Below are positions 49,649-62,299 of a DNA stretch of 64,000 bases, one piece after another; position 1 is the stretch's first letter, and every line of letters starts with the position of its first letter. The stretch spans positions 3,815,361-3,879,360 of the forward strand of contig CM074805.1 of assembly GCA_037447605.1 (NCBI GenBank). Reading direction: 5' to 3'. The translations under genes were made by a program, and so were the position numbers. Origin of the DNA: Zygnema circumcarinatum SAG 698-1b (taxonomy: Eukaryota; Plantae; Zygnematophyceae). Below the pieces are notes generated by a model that made no database searches, was not told the DNA's origin, and worked only from the letters and a program-made list of their open reading frames with translations.

Positions 49649-52600
49649 ATGGCGGAGGCGAGCTCGAAGCGGCCAGTGCTGTCCATGGAGGACCTGCGCG
49701 TGGTGGAGGTGCTGCACGACTACGAGCTCTCGCTCACCTCCTCGACGGGCTCCGTCCTCATGTCGCACATTCGCGAGAGCGCGTCCATGGGCGGCCACCG
49801 CCTGCACTCGCGGCGCAGCACCATCAGAGATTCCATGGCGACTCCATTGCGGCGCGAGAGAACGGTCGTATCAGATGATCTGTGGTTTCGGCTGCCCATT
49901 GTCAATCCTGAGAACAAGTACGGTATTGATCTTCGAAACGAATAGCTGTCTCTTTTTTTTATGTGGCTATTAGGATGTATGGCTCAACTGCATCACGCAG
50001 CGGCTTTTCTGAGGGCTACAGCACATTGCTTCCGTTACCCATTGCATGAAAAAATAATTTGTATTTGAACCTACCATTCCTCTTCGATTTCTGCGAAGAA
50101 ATGAGCCTCACTCACCGGTAAAAATAATATTATCTCCATTGATTTTTTGCGGGCATTCTATTCACCTCCATCAAGGCCGGCAGCGCTTTTATGCCGCCGT
50201 ATACATAGTTCTTGACTCCTCGTTCACGTACCCTGTGGACATAGCTTTCCTCAACTTGGCACATTTACGGCAGTGAATTCTCAGATTATGCATCAAACAG
50301 GAGTGAGGTGGCATCAGGAGTCGATTGCATCAAGTGAAGGAGCACTGCACTCAGTAAAAAAAACGATGCTTTTTTTTTTTCTAAACTCTCTCACGTACAT
50401 ATTTAGAAAAGGTCTTAGACTGAATTCGTCGGCGAAATAATCACTCTAAAAAATCTTTAGTAAGTAAAAAAAAACGTGTTTCAGGCAATCATTTAGCTTC
50501 AGGGCTCATCCTTGCGCGCAGGGAAGTGCTTAACATGTTTGTCTCACCCTCCTTTCTGTAGCCCAGGCCTTCTTTTCCACGGCTCAACCATTGGGGTTGG
50601 CAAGCGTATAGCTGACAGCGCAGCAAATGGCTAGTTTTTATTAAATAGCGAAGGTAGTACCTCATTTAAGTGAACTAATCATGAGCTAAATTTCTTTTGA
50701 CGAATGTTTTTTTCGATTTGGGAGGAGCACAAAAGCAGGTTTTTCCTCGTTTGGAGGAGAATTGTGATACTCTTTTCGGTGTATTCTGCATTCATCACCC
50801 CTGTTGAGTTTGGATTCTTCAAAGGCACTGGCCTTCCCTTCGTGTGGGAGATATGTGATATCTGCCTCAACTTGATCTTCTTCGCTGATATTTTGGTGAC
50901 TTTTCTTCTGTCTTACAAAGACAAAAAGACTCTGGGAGTTGTGACAGACCACCGACGCATCGCTTACAGGTCCGAAAGGGGACCCTTACTCTTTTCATGG
51001 CAGAACAGTGGTCCTTTGGAGTTTATTGCTTCAGGAGTAGCTCGTTCAGCTAACCTCCATGAATTGTTGGAGCTTATATATGAGAGGGTCCTTTGGGGGG
51101 CAACAGATACGCGAGAAGTTATCTTGTGTTTGACATCTTGTCCTGTTTGCCGTGGGACGCTTTGTACAAGGTGGGCATTTTTTTTTTTTTTTGTACTTCA
51201 TTGCTCCTATTTTATCGCAGGAAACTTTAGAATGCGAGTCCCGGAAAGCTGTGATCTCTTACCCGTAGCTTTGGACTGGATTATCTGATTTTTATGCTGT
51301 GTTTTCTCTTCATGTGTCGGATTTCTCCTTAACTTGGAGCATATCCTTTGCGTTCGGCGTGCAGGCTTCGAGAAGAAAGGAAGCTTTCCGTTTCTTAAAC
51401 TGGTTCAGGATTTATCGTATACGAAATGTTTTTCTATTCCTCAAAGAGTGCTTTCACTTTCTCTCTCTCCCGCCCCCTCTCTTCTCCCACTTCTCCCTCT
51501 CTCTCTTTCTCTCTCTTTCTCTCCCTCTCACCTCTCATCTTCCCTCCGCTCCTCTCCTCTCCTCTCTCTCCCTGACAACCAAGTTGCTACGCTTGTATAC
51601 AGCATATGAAACTAAACGCAGTTTGACAGCGCGGGAAAGTTCATGCTTGGCCTTAGTTTCCTTTTCATTTCCCTTCCTTTGGTTTCGTCTTAATTCGCTT
51701 TCTCCGTGCAGGTTGGAAAAGGACACTCGTCTGAACTATTTCCTTGTTCGCATCTGCCGGTTGGCCGTAACGGAGTTATATGGGACCCATTTGGCAGCGT
51801 GTCTTTTCTACTACCTCGCTACCACCGTTCCCTACCTTCCCTCTTCGCACAACTCCTGGATAAGTTCACTCACTCTCGGCTCTGTGGACTATGAGGACTA
51901 CAAGTCCCTAAGCCTCGGGAGGCGTTACGTGACATCTTTATACTGGTCGATAGTCACCATGGCCGGTGTAGGTGTGCTTCTTCTCTCTCTAGCAATCACA
52001 TAGGTTGTACGAAAACATTCCCTTCTATTGACATCATGGTATCTGCAATCCCTCAAGCGAGAAACGGCATCATGTTGCTGTGAAACAACGAATGAGCTTT
52101 GGATTGATGGTAAAGTTTGAAGTTTTGCAATATCACCTCTTGGGTTGCTTGCATGCAATGACTCGAATGTGACATGGTTCTTAGAAGATATATGAATTAT
52201 ATCAATTTTCGCATGAGGTGTTTTGGATGCATGCTGCAATTCAGGGTATGGCGACATCCATCCGGTCAACGAGAGGGAGATGATCTTTGCTATCATATAC
52301 GTCAGCATGGACATGGTTCTGGGTGCTTACCTTCTCGGCAACATAACGGCCCTTATTGTGCGGGGCTCGCACACCGAACGCTTTCGAGATTGTATGGCGG
52401 ATCTCAGAAAATGGGCCGACCGGTAGTGCAACTTATCCACCCCTTAGTGAAGTGATGTAAATTTGTATCCAAGTTCGGACTGGCTACTTGATGCGGCTGC
52501 CTAAACAGCAGATACAGGCCATCGTTTTTTAGCGCAAACAAAATATTCAAAGACTTGCATATTCCTTGTTATCATTGGATTGCTGTGCTATTGACCTCTG

Positions 52601-55600
52601 TGCATGATATTGTATCTACCTTCCTCATGCAGAAATGCGGTCCCCCCCGTTCTTCTTCACCAACTGAGAGAGCACATAAAGCTGTCATTTGCAACTGAAA
52701 AGGGGCATGAACACATAGTGAAGCATTTGCCTGCATCCATGCAAGCGAAGGTTGCCAGGACTCTGTACTGGCCCTGTGTAGCCAATGCCTATCTCTTCAA
52801 AAACTGCTCAGCAGAGTTCATCAATCAGCTGGTAAGCTTGACCTGCACGCAGTAAAAAATTACACTAAGGGGCTTCTTTGCAGGCATTGGGAGCTTGTAC
52901 AAACTGAAGCATGAAACTCAAGAGCTTTCACAAGGTCAACCTGCAAAGTATGCAGTTTAGTTACGATGTAAAGTAATGAGATGGAAGGAGTGTTGTGAAT
53001 TCTGCTTCGTAAGGTTGTGGCCCATGTCTGCCATTGATATCGTTGCTTTTGGCGGGATACAATGAAGGTTCCCCGCTTTCATGTGGAGCACTTTTTGCCA
53101 GGCGAAGTTTTGATATCGCATAAGGATGCGGGCGACCAGATGTACATCATCTTTGAGGGTATGCTGGTGCGTGACGTTACAACGGAGTCCACATTCAGCA
53201 GTAGGAGGGAGAGAGGTAGCTGCACTCTCTCACTTCTTTCAAGTGCACTTGTTTCTCTTCTTGAGAAGTGTCTCACATGCAATCCATGGCCACATTTGCG
53301 CCGTTGTTTGTCAATGGAGCAGGAGGAGATGGTGGTCAAAGGGGAGGAGGAGGTGACAGGTGTCACACGCCGAGGTGGCGGAGAGCTTGTTGGCGAACTT
53401 GCCCTCCTCTGCGGCATTCCGCAACCGTTCACAGTGTGGGTTGTGCAGCTAACCAAACTTCTGCGCATTGACAAGGCGAGCTTTACAAGGCTGCTCGAAA
53501 TGTATGTGAGGGACTCGCAGAAGATAGTGAGCAATCTCATGAATGTAAGCCCCATCTTACCTCCCCCCACTCCCCACCACTCTCTCATTCTCTCCCTCCA
53601 TCTCTCCTCCCCTCAGGTCCCCCCCTCCATCCCCCTCCCCCGCAGCTGCCCATCCCGATCACCTCCTAACGTAAGCAAACAAGGAGGGTAGTGCTCGTTG
53701 TAGGTGTCAATCATGCATAGCATGTCTATTTTTCACACGTCGGTCCCTTGAAAGAAAGTTCATTGCACCCATTTTGATTTCTCAGCCTGAAGTAGCCACT
53801 GAATTTAACATATGAGTAACCTTCTATTCAAGTTGATGTTGTGCAGAAATTAAAGGGCTCCGGTTGGCAGGATTTGCCGAACCGAGTAGAGCTCCTTCTT
53901 GAGCTGCACGAGCCGCAGCTGACAACGACTCTTATTGGGGCAGCGGCCCGAGGGGATATGGAGAGTATTAAGGGGCTTATAAGAGGGGGAGTGGGGGTGA
54001 ATTCCAACGATCATGATGGGAGGAGTGCTCTTCACTTGGCAGCAGCTCGTGGGTTTGACGACATTTGCTTGTTTCTCATTGCAAGTGGTGCGGATGTGAA
54101 TGCAAAAGGTGAGTTCACGTTCACGGGTGTATGCGTGCTACAGTTATCAGTTTGGAAGGGCAGGTTTATCTCAGAAGTTTTTGGTTTCTCTGGAATTATG
54201 CGTGCAGATCACTCTGGAAAAAACGCCATGTCTGAAGCAGTTCAGAGCGGACATGACAGCACTGCAATGCTCCTTCAGAAGAATGGAGGAAGGGTAGAGC
54301 TGGCAGACCCTGCTAGGGAGCTTTGCACTGCTATTGTTTCCTTCAATATGCCCTACCTAGAGGTACGGAGCAACACATTTGCCCATTTGCATCGTCGTAA
54401 TGATGAGTGCTCCGGTTCACGAATTTCTCGACTTCAAGGTATTTATATTGGCTGATGCAGCTGCTTGTTGCTGCCTTATCAGCGTCTTCTCATTCATGGT
54501 GCGGACCCAAACGTTCGCGACTACGATTCACGGACCCCTCTTCATGTGGCAGCCGCAGAGGGCTACTATCATATGGTCAGGGTATTGCTCTCCCATGGGG
54601 CCAACCCCTATGCTCGAGATCGGTGGGAAAACTATCCCATTGATGAAGCTCACCGCAGCGGATGTCAACCTCTCATCGCCCTCCTGCAAGATGCCATGGA
54701 GGCGGAAAAGGCACATGGAAATGATCCTCCGGCAGGGGATGCACATAAGGTGGGAATGAACAGATACATCGGAAGCAGAACTGCAGGAACAGAGGAGATG
54801 GAAGTGGAAACCTATTCAAATATCGCAGCAGACGTGAAGGGCAAGATCGAACAAGGAGAGTCGCATGCATCCTCGTCGGCTTTATCAGAACAGCTTTCAG
54901 CTGCTTCACAACCGGTTGAAGACTCCCTCCAACACAGGTGGATTAGCCACGACATCCAAATGGAAGTTGTGTCTGATGGAAACTCTCATCCTAGCTGTAG
55001 TAGTCCATCCCTAAATCACAACACGGGCCCTGAAGCTGCTTCAATTTCAGCAGACTGCAGACATATGGGCCACCCAGCTGCAGGATTAGAAATCCTCCAC
55101 GTCTCCAGAAACAGGTCTTATTCAGGGGAAAGCCCTCCCGCTGAGGGAGGGACAGAACTTTATTCCTCTGCCCAAAATAGCAAGTTTTCTCTCGCTTCAG
55201 ATTTCCTTCCCTCGCCCTCTTCTCCAATTCAGGAGCAGGCAGAGATTGCCAGGGGATTCCATGGCCGCAGTAATAATAGTCATAAGCAATGGCCCTCGTC
55301 CTCAAGGATGTGGCAGAGAGGTGGAAGCCCTCAGAGATCTCCTACCACTCCTCGCATCACTGTGCATCCGTACCATCCATGGACGCCAAAGGGGCCAAAA
55401 AGGAGGCCTGCACGACTTCTCTTCCTTCCGTCAACGATGAACGAACTCTTGGCAGATGCCAGCAGACAATTTGGAATGAACTTCACTCAGATTCTCACGA
55501 AGTCAGGTGCAGAGATTGTTGCAATTGAGCTTGTCCTGGATGGTGATGAAATTCATGCAGCGACAGACGATGACTCCCATTTAGGTGAGCCCTTGGTGCT

Positions 55601-55640
55601 AGTAGGAAGAGAAAGGAGGGGGAAGGGAGTGACAAGATAG
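49649..55640 (+). CDS. Plant Shaker-like voltage-gated K+ channel of outward-rectifier (SKOR/GORK) type: S1-S6, CNBD, ankyrin repeats, KHA domain
   Basis: S1 VWRRIVILFSVYSAFITPVEFGFF; S4 FLNWFRIYRIRNVF..LEKDTRLNY; pore YWSIVTMAGVGYGDIHPVN; S6 DMVLGAYLLGNITALIVRGS (outward-rectifier signature); CNBD FLPGEVLI...GELALLCGIPQPFTV; ankyrins DHDGRSALHLAAARG and DYDSRTPLHVAAAEG; KHA RITVHPYHPW...LPSTMNELL. Confidence 0.95.
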
Positions 55641-56646
55641 GAAGATGGTAGGAGCAGGGAGGAGCTGATGAGGGAGAGCTAGTGGAACCAATGCATCAGA
55701 ATCTGCCGATCCCTCTTTGTGTATGGAATCTTTGTTGGAGCAATCTCTGACCAGTGAATCTGTTTGTGTTTTCAGAAGAGTCGCATCATCTATGCACCCG
55801 CTGCCAAACGAAGTGGCGACAGATTGTATGATCTTAAAAAAAACAGCGACTGTAGGAAACTATGCGTCTTTCTAGAATTTGAAGGTAAAGGCAGATTAGA
55901 GGACTTTTGCAGATTCTTTCAGAATAATAGGGCTCTAGGGTCTGTATAGTGCCGCTGTAGTCCCCTTTTTTCGGTATTCTTTCATTCTTTTCATTGCCTA
56001 TACTTTGAAGCTGAAGTTTGGCAGTCATAAGGCGTCGTCTTTCTGTGCCATAGTTGTGTGCTTATTGGGAGAGGCCGCCTGGGACATTGCGAGTTTAAGA
56101 GTGGCGTATGGCGTGCTTTCAGTAATTTAGGAATGACAGCAAATGACTACAATAGTACTTTGAAGGAGGTTTGTTGATGTATTGATGGTAGTATGCGGAT
56201 GTCCTAGGAGTTGTGGCCAGGGCCGAGCAGAGAAAGGGCAAGCCCCCAGGTCCTCCTCCACCAGTCACAGTCACAGTACAGTCTCGCAAGAGACGAAGTA
56301 ATGCAGGGGGAGGTTGGGCGATGAACAATGGCGGGCGTATTTACCCGTATGTTGGGTGTTGTTCCCTCTCTAGTGGAACTGTGACAAAGGTGCGAATTTG
56401 ACCATGTCTCATGATACTCTAACAAGTGGAAAACTCATTTTGAGGAAACCCCTCGAAAGATTGAAGTGCATAAAATATTGGGCTTGAATATCAGAGGCAT
56501 TCACTGGCAGCTTGCCACAGCACACCGTTCACTTGACCTCACCTTTGGATGATTGGAACAATGACATAAAGCCAAAGCGCAACTCGGGCTTGCAAGAATG
56601 TTTCATTGACTGTAAGTGCCGCTAAAATAAGAAATAATCTCCATCT

Positions 56647-59600
56647 TCAGGCTGGGCGGAACCGCATGGCACCGCCGTCCTCCACATGAGTCGCGTAAAA
56701 CTTTAAAATCCGTTGCGCTTCACGGCTGCCAGCATGAAATGCTCCGTGGGTGTTAGAATAGCTACTCCTGTGAGTCGCCTCTCCCGCAAACAGAATCTGC
56801 AGCGGCTGCGCTGAGCCCTCCTCCGAGTCTTCTTCTCCTGTTGCAGCATTGCTTGTTGACCCAGGCAGTGGCTTCGCCAGGACGTCAATATCTTCCCCAC
56901 TTGATCCGACAGCAACATAAGAATATGAGCCTCTGAACAAGGGATCTGTACCCCACTGTGTCCGCAGAACAGCGATAGGCTCAACCAGCCGTTCTCTCTC
57001 TGCTTCTGGGAAAAAACGTTTGATGGAATCCATGCACGCCTGCACGACCTTCTCTTCCACCTCGCTCTCCATCTCAACTGCCTCCCTTCCAGCAATCCAG
57101 GAGACAACCACTGGAGACTGAATATTGATAGGATGGAAGGCATACAGCTTTTGGGTCCAAGCCGGGAGACCATCCTCCTTTGAATCCTCCACAGGCGGCA
57201 AACCATCTGCTACTCCATGCCACCTCGTGCGAGGGGGGAACGAGTTATTTCGTAGAGGGTTCCATGCAACCTCCAGCCCTAAGCAATTTTCTCCCCAAAC
57301 GCCGAGCTGTAACAAACAGAGAAGGCAAGAGGACAGTTCTCTGAGAGGTGTTCAAATGAACGAAAGTAAAGCATCAATTCAAAGTCAAGTGCCAAAGATA
57401 GGATACATGACCACGTCATTCTCATGTGAGCATGTCTAGAGCTGTATAAAACCTTCCTTCCTTTCAAAGCATGACAGATGGGCTTGGAATGAAATATAGC
57501 AGTGTGTGCTCAGCCCAAGGGAATGCATTTTTCGACTCATTCCTACAAATCGATATGGTGAATTTCCCGGCTTTCACAAAACCTACATCAAAGAAGTCAC
57601 AGTTGGAGAAGATCCTCACATGCGAAGCTGAAGGAGAAGAAAATGAAATGGAATTATCCTTATAATAATCTTGAGTTTGAGGAAACGGAAAACACACACC
57701 TTTGGGAACTGGAGGAAGATCTTGTCGACTGTTCCGAAACCCATGCGGCGAATGACTTCCAGCTTCCAGTCAGGCAGCGGCGGGCAGAATAAATTTTTTG
57801 GCGGCACCTTTGGCCCTTGCCCTGCTGCCCGCTCCTTCAAAACTCCCAAAGACACTGTCACCACCACGTGGTTGGCCTCCACCTCCTCTCCATCAGACGT
57901 GACAATTGTCACAGGTAGCCTTTTAGAAGGGAGGGACTCTCTGCCAGAAGGAGACCAACGGATTTCCACGACTTCTCGACCAAACAGCAACGTGCCGGGT
58001 TGCAACTGACTAGCCAATATCTCCACCACCCGGCTGTACCTGCAGATAGAGAGACCATGGCTTAAGTGACTGGATACAGCCCTGCCGTACAGAACACTTC
58101 TTTCCTATGCTATGACTATGCATAGGGAACATAGCAGCTAGAATAAGCCCAACAGCATAGTAAAGGAAGCCTGCCTTCTCAGGGCTGCACCTTTGTGCAG
58201 TATGGGAGCAGTACGGCAGGGGCCCGGGGATTACCCCTTTGCGATTGTGATATGGGGCCCGGGATACTCCTCGTATTCTCCAAATGAACGGAGTGACAGG
58301 TCTTCCAGAGAATCAACACCGGAAATACAGCACTCCAAGCGTGTTCGCATGTCAAATATAGCTTTACGCTGCAGTATCTCCTCATCGGCCCCCTCAAAAC
58401 CTTTCCATGAATCCTCTTTAATCAGCTTTGCCATACCTTTCTCAAGTCTAACCATGGCAGCGCTTCCACGTTCGGTTTCCATGGACGGTCCGTCATCACG
58501 CTGCGCTTCAGGACCTGCACTTGCACTGCCTCGCCAGGCTGCCATATTCAATTCGCAGGTTCAATTCTACAACTGTCTCAACCAGCGACAATGAAATGCA
58601 GCATTCATGCATGAACAGTGCAATTCCGAGGTGACCTTCACCTCCTTCTCTCTCCCAACTACCCTATTCACATGATGGGTCATTCGCACCACCCATAACG
58701 AACAAGCAGATGTTCCTTTTTCTGTTACCCACATTCCCCAAATGTCCAGAAGGTCTGAGTCCCACCTAGCCGTTGCAGAGTAGGCAACTGCCCTTCGCCC
58801 ACGCTCAGCGAGAGTTTCCGCCCCCGCCCAGTCATCCTCCCACTTCTCCTCCTCTCCCAGCAGCGGATTGTCAGAGAATGAGCTGCCTCTCTGCATCTGC
58901 CGCTGCTGGATATCTTCTATAAAGCCTTTGAGCAGGTAAGCACCAACGCTCTCATTCACACCAACCTGACAAACCACAAGTGCAGGTGATAAGAGAGTTT
59001 CTAAGGTCGGTTTTGAGTCCACAACTATCGACATTCCATGGCTGCAAACTAGCACATGGGTATCATTCAACGACGCACCTCACACCCATTCTTGTCTTTA
59101 TAGCGACGCAGTCCGGTCTCCTTCGCACCAATCGTATGCGTTTCGGTGATGAGCCGCCGGTAAAGCCCCTTCACTTCAGCCACGAGTTTGGGGTCACCCT
59201 CCGACCCCCCCTCCATCCGGTATTGATTGTTGCCGGTCCACCGTGTGCCCCCCCATGGGCCGCTATTGAGGTCGAGAAGATTGTGCTTCTCTGCGATCTC
59301 CATTAAGGGGCTGCCCTCCGTTCCATGGATCCAATTTGCACCCATCTGCAAACGAACAAGGGCAAGAGGCAGACTCAGTCTAATGATGACGACTGGTGAG
59401 GATTGCAGGGCCACATACTGACAGCGTATCTGAATTCTGTCAAAATGAAAAGCCCCGCTCTTACATCCGCTGGCAAATCTCAGACCAGTACTACCTACCC
59501 TCACCCAATTCTTTCAAATATAATCCCCGAATGGGATGAGAAGCATTAAGAGAAAAGCCGTGTTTTCTTTGTTGTGCGGCTCAATTGCGTTAGATCTAAT

Positions 59601-60692
59601 CAGCTCACCTCCACTTTCTCGCCTCCAAATTCGCGGCTCCATATGCGTCCTCCCACCCTCTCCCCGGCCTCCAACAGAACTACATCGACCGAACCTGACT
59701 TCTGCACTCGTCCAAACAACATACGGTTAAATCCAAAGAGGAGACCGGCATTCATCTGACTACGAGAAACTGCGTCAATTGATTTTAACCACGTGCAGCT
59801 TAAGTTTATTCCCAATCGACCGCGAATGTGCTGAGTTCAACAAGCATGCCCCTGATTGCACTTCTGCGAATATTTTGGAGTGCTGAATCTGCAAGCATGA
59901 TGGACCTCGTTAGAAACTAATCGGCTTAAATATCTCATGGCGGCATTGAGTCCATCAATACTTTAGGCGTGGCCCAAATACGCTTTTAGAAAAGTTCATG
60001 CACAGATTGGAACTACATTGCAGCTACCGATGCTTTTTTTCTAACAGCGAGGGCTTAGAAGTTGGTGTAGGATCAAGTGGCAAGAAAAAGAAACTAAAGT
60101 ACTACACTCGTGCAAAGAAGGGATGGAAACCATGGTTTATTCAAGGGTTTCAAAAACCCACCAATTCCAATGTTTATGAGAGCGAAAACAATATTTATTA
60201 AAAAATTCGTTGCCATGAGGTTTGCAGTTGCTAGAAGACAAAGATACGGTATCAACTCAAGAGCAAATTTTGAAACAATTCAAATCAACGATCACAATCT
60301 ATCCTCAAAGAATCTCGACGATTCAAGATAAAGAGCGAACTCTCGTCCTTTCTCTGTTCACGTCAACCACTTCCATCATTGTCCGCGCCGTTCACCGAGG
60401 TTAATTAACATGTCCTTGAACCTACTTGGAAGAATGATTGTACATTGCTCATCAAAGCTTTCATGTTCGCATTGCAATGCTCTCTGAAGCTGAACGAATT
60501 AAAAAATCCCTTCAATAAGCAGACTGCTGAGTGTATGCATGTAGTTCACATTCCACACACTTCGTACGCACTCTCCTCCCGCAACAAGCAGCACCCGCCG
60601 TCCCCTCCCTTCCACCCCTTCACCTGCAGCTGCATGGCCGCCACCAGCCCCGAGATGCCCGCCCCCACCACCACCACCTTGGGCCGCGCCAT
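56647..60692 (-). CDS. FAD-dependent polyamine oxidase (AtPAO5/OsPAO1-like)
   Basis: MARPKVVVVGAGISGLVAA (GxGxxG), LLEAGERVGGRI, MGANWIHG, FGEYEEYPGPHITIAKGYS, HVVVTVSLGVLK, MGFGTVDKIFL, TQWGTDPLFRGSYSYVAVG and ILFAGEATHR...THGAFHAGSREA. Confidence 0.95.
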
Positions 60693-60866
60693 GGCTGCCT
60701 CTGCCCCTCTTCGCTCCTTCCGCACCCGCTTCACGCCCAGGCCACGGCCCCGACGGAAAGTGGCGTCACGCTGCTGACGCCACGGACGGCGCGGTTGTAC
60801 GAACAGGTGCAAGTTTGACGCAACGGATTTTGGCGTCCCAGATGGCACCTTCCTGGCAGCTGCCTC

Positions 60867-60917
60867 AACCCTAAAACCCTAAACCCTTAACCCTACAACC
60901 TCAAAACTCAAAACCCC
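60867..60917. promoter_or_regulatory. Degenerate interstitial telomere-like repeats (telo-box, AAACCCTA) in the PAO / small-gene bidirectional promoter
   Basis: AACCCTAAAACCCTAAACCCTTAACCCTACAACC..., with GGCCCA (site II, reverse) at ~60981. Confidence 0.65.
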
Positions 60918-61054
60918 GACCCCGACCGTACGTTTCCTTACCGTACGGTACCCTGTCGAGCTCATGTCGGCATGAGGCATGGCCCATGGCATGGCATGGC
61001 AGAGCGATAAAGGCCCTCCCTCCACTCGCGCGATTCATCAGAGCTCGAGGCCAT

Positions 61055-62299
61055 ATGGCTATGGCGGTCGCGGCTGGGGGCGTGCCTGCGGCGCTGCGTG
61101 CCCTCCTCCGCGTCGCTGTCTTGGCGCCCCTCTGCAGGCTGGAGGCGCTTTCAGGAGGGGCGGCTGGAGGAGGGTCGTTTCAGGCGGGCGGTCAGCGGGG
61201 GATGACCAAACGGGCCAAGAAGACGTGGGGATGTACGACAGTTCGTCGAATTTTTAGAGTGTTCTATTAAGGAATTTTCATGGTGGCTGTAGATATTTTG
61301 GAATTCTGCAGGTTTATTGAATAATTTCTTCGTTTGGTTCCGCCAGTTGGAAGTTGTATTGCAAGATTGGACCGTGCGTTTTCAGTAGCATGTATCCTGC
61401 TGACATGCCGATTGAACCTGCGCGACTGTTTGGTGGATTGGCTGCAGTCCCCTGGGTGGAGGTTCAAGTGGAGGAGGGAGTGCCTGTTCCATCATCGCAA
61501 CCAAATGCAGGCAGCATCGGGAATCGCAAGCATTTACGGCGCATGAAATTGCGAGCCCTTTTCGCCAAGGTGCTTACGCTTGACCTTTTACGGAATGTGG
61601 GTTTGAATATGAAGCTCTTGTATAATTAAGATGCTAGTTGTACGACACTCTAGCGTGAAAGCAACCATGGAAATGCCACTGAAAGCAACATAAATGATAA
61701 CTTACTGCCCGAGTCCGCTTCCCAATTTCAAAGGTACAGTAGTGCGCTTACTTTTCTTGGAAGTAGTTTGGATCAATTTGAGATGTAAGTGTTTCCATTG
61801 CTGTTTGGCTGTCTTGTAACGTCACACTTAGACTGAAAGCTTACGGGTCAGTAGCCTTCTTGACAAGAGTCACAAAATGACGTTTTTGGTACACGAAGTT
61901 GTGGCTACTATGTTTTTCTCCAAAGGTCCCTTTGCAACTTGTTTGCGTCCGGAAGCATGAATGGAGTAAGAAACCTAAAGGCTCAAGTTAAACTTGACGC
62001 TTGCCACGGAGTTTGTCCGTTGGTGCATTAGAAGTTTCCACAAGGTGCTGTTTCTCAAGAAAGGAAGGGGGTGGAACTGGGAGGCTGCCTTCGAGTCATG
62101 ATTCAGCTGACTCGGATGTTTCTGCTGTGAGCAGGAGGAGGTGCACAAGAAACTCGCAGAAAGGAAAGTAGCGTTTGAGGCAAGGGACAAGGCTCGAATT
62201 GAGCGGTGGAATGCTGCGAAAAGTCGTGCGGATGAATGGCAGTTATTCTTGCAAAACAACGGTGGCACAACCTCTAAAGTGGCAGAAGCTCAGCAATGA
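61055..62299 (+). CDS. Small basic protein, probably mitochondrion-targeted (tentative 3-exon model)
   Basis: Exon 1 MAMAVAAGGVPAALRALLRVAVLAPLCRL...QRGMTKRAKKTWG resembles a presequence. Exon 2 (~61448-61568) reads PWVEVQVEEGVPVPSSQPNAGSIGNRKHLRRMKLRALFAK. Exon 3 (~62135-62299) reads EEVHKKLAERKVAFEARDKARIERWNAAKSRADEWQ...*. GT-AG phases are compatible. Not present as a single ORF in the track. Confidence 0.6.

Noticed and set aside
49649-60692. Functional K+ channel / polyamine oxidase pair (polyamine block, H2O2 activation)
   Set aside because: Convergent neighbours with separate promoters; nothing in the sequence supports co-regulation.
60867-60917. True telomere or chromosome-fusion scar
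   Set aside because: Only a few degenerate units inside a promoter; fits a telo-box.
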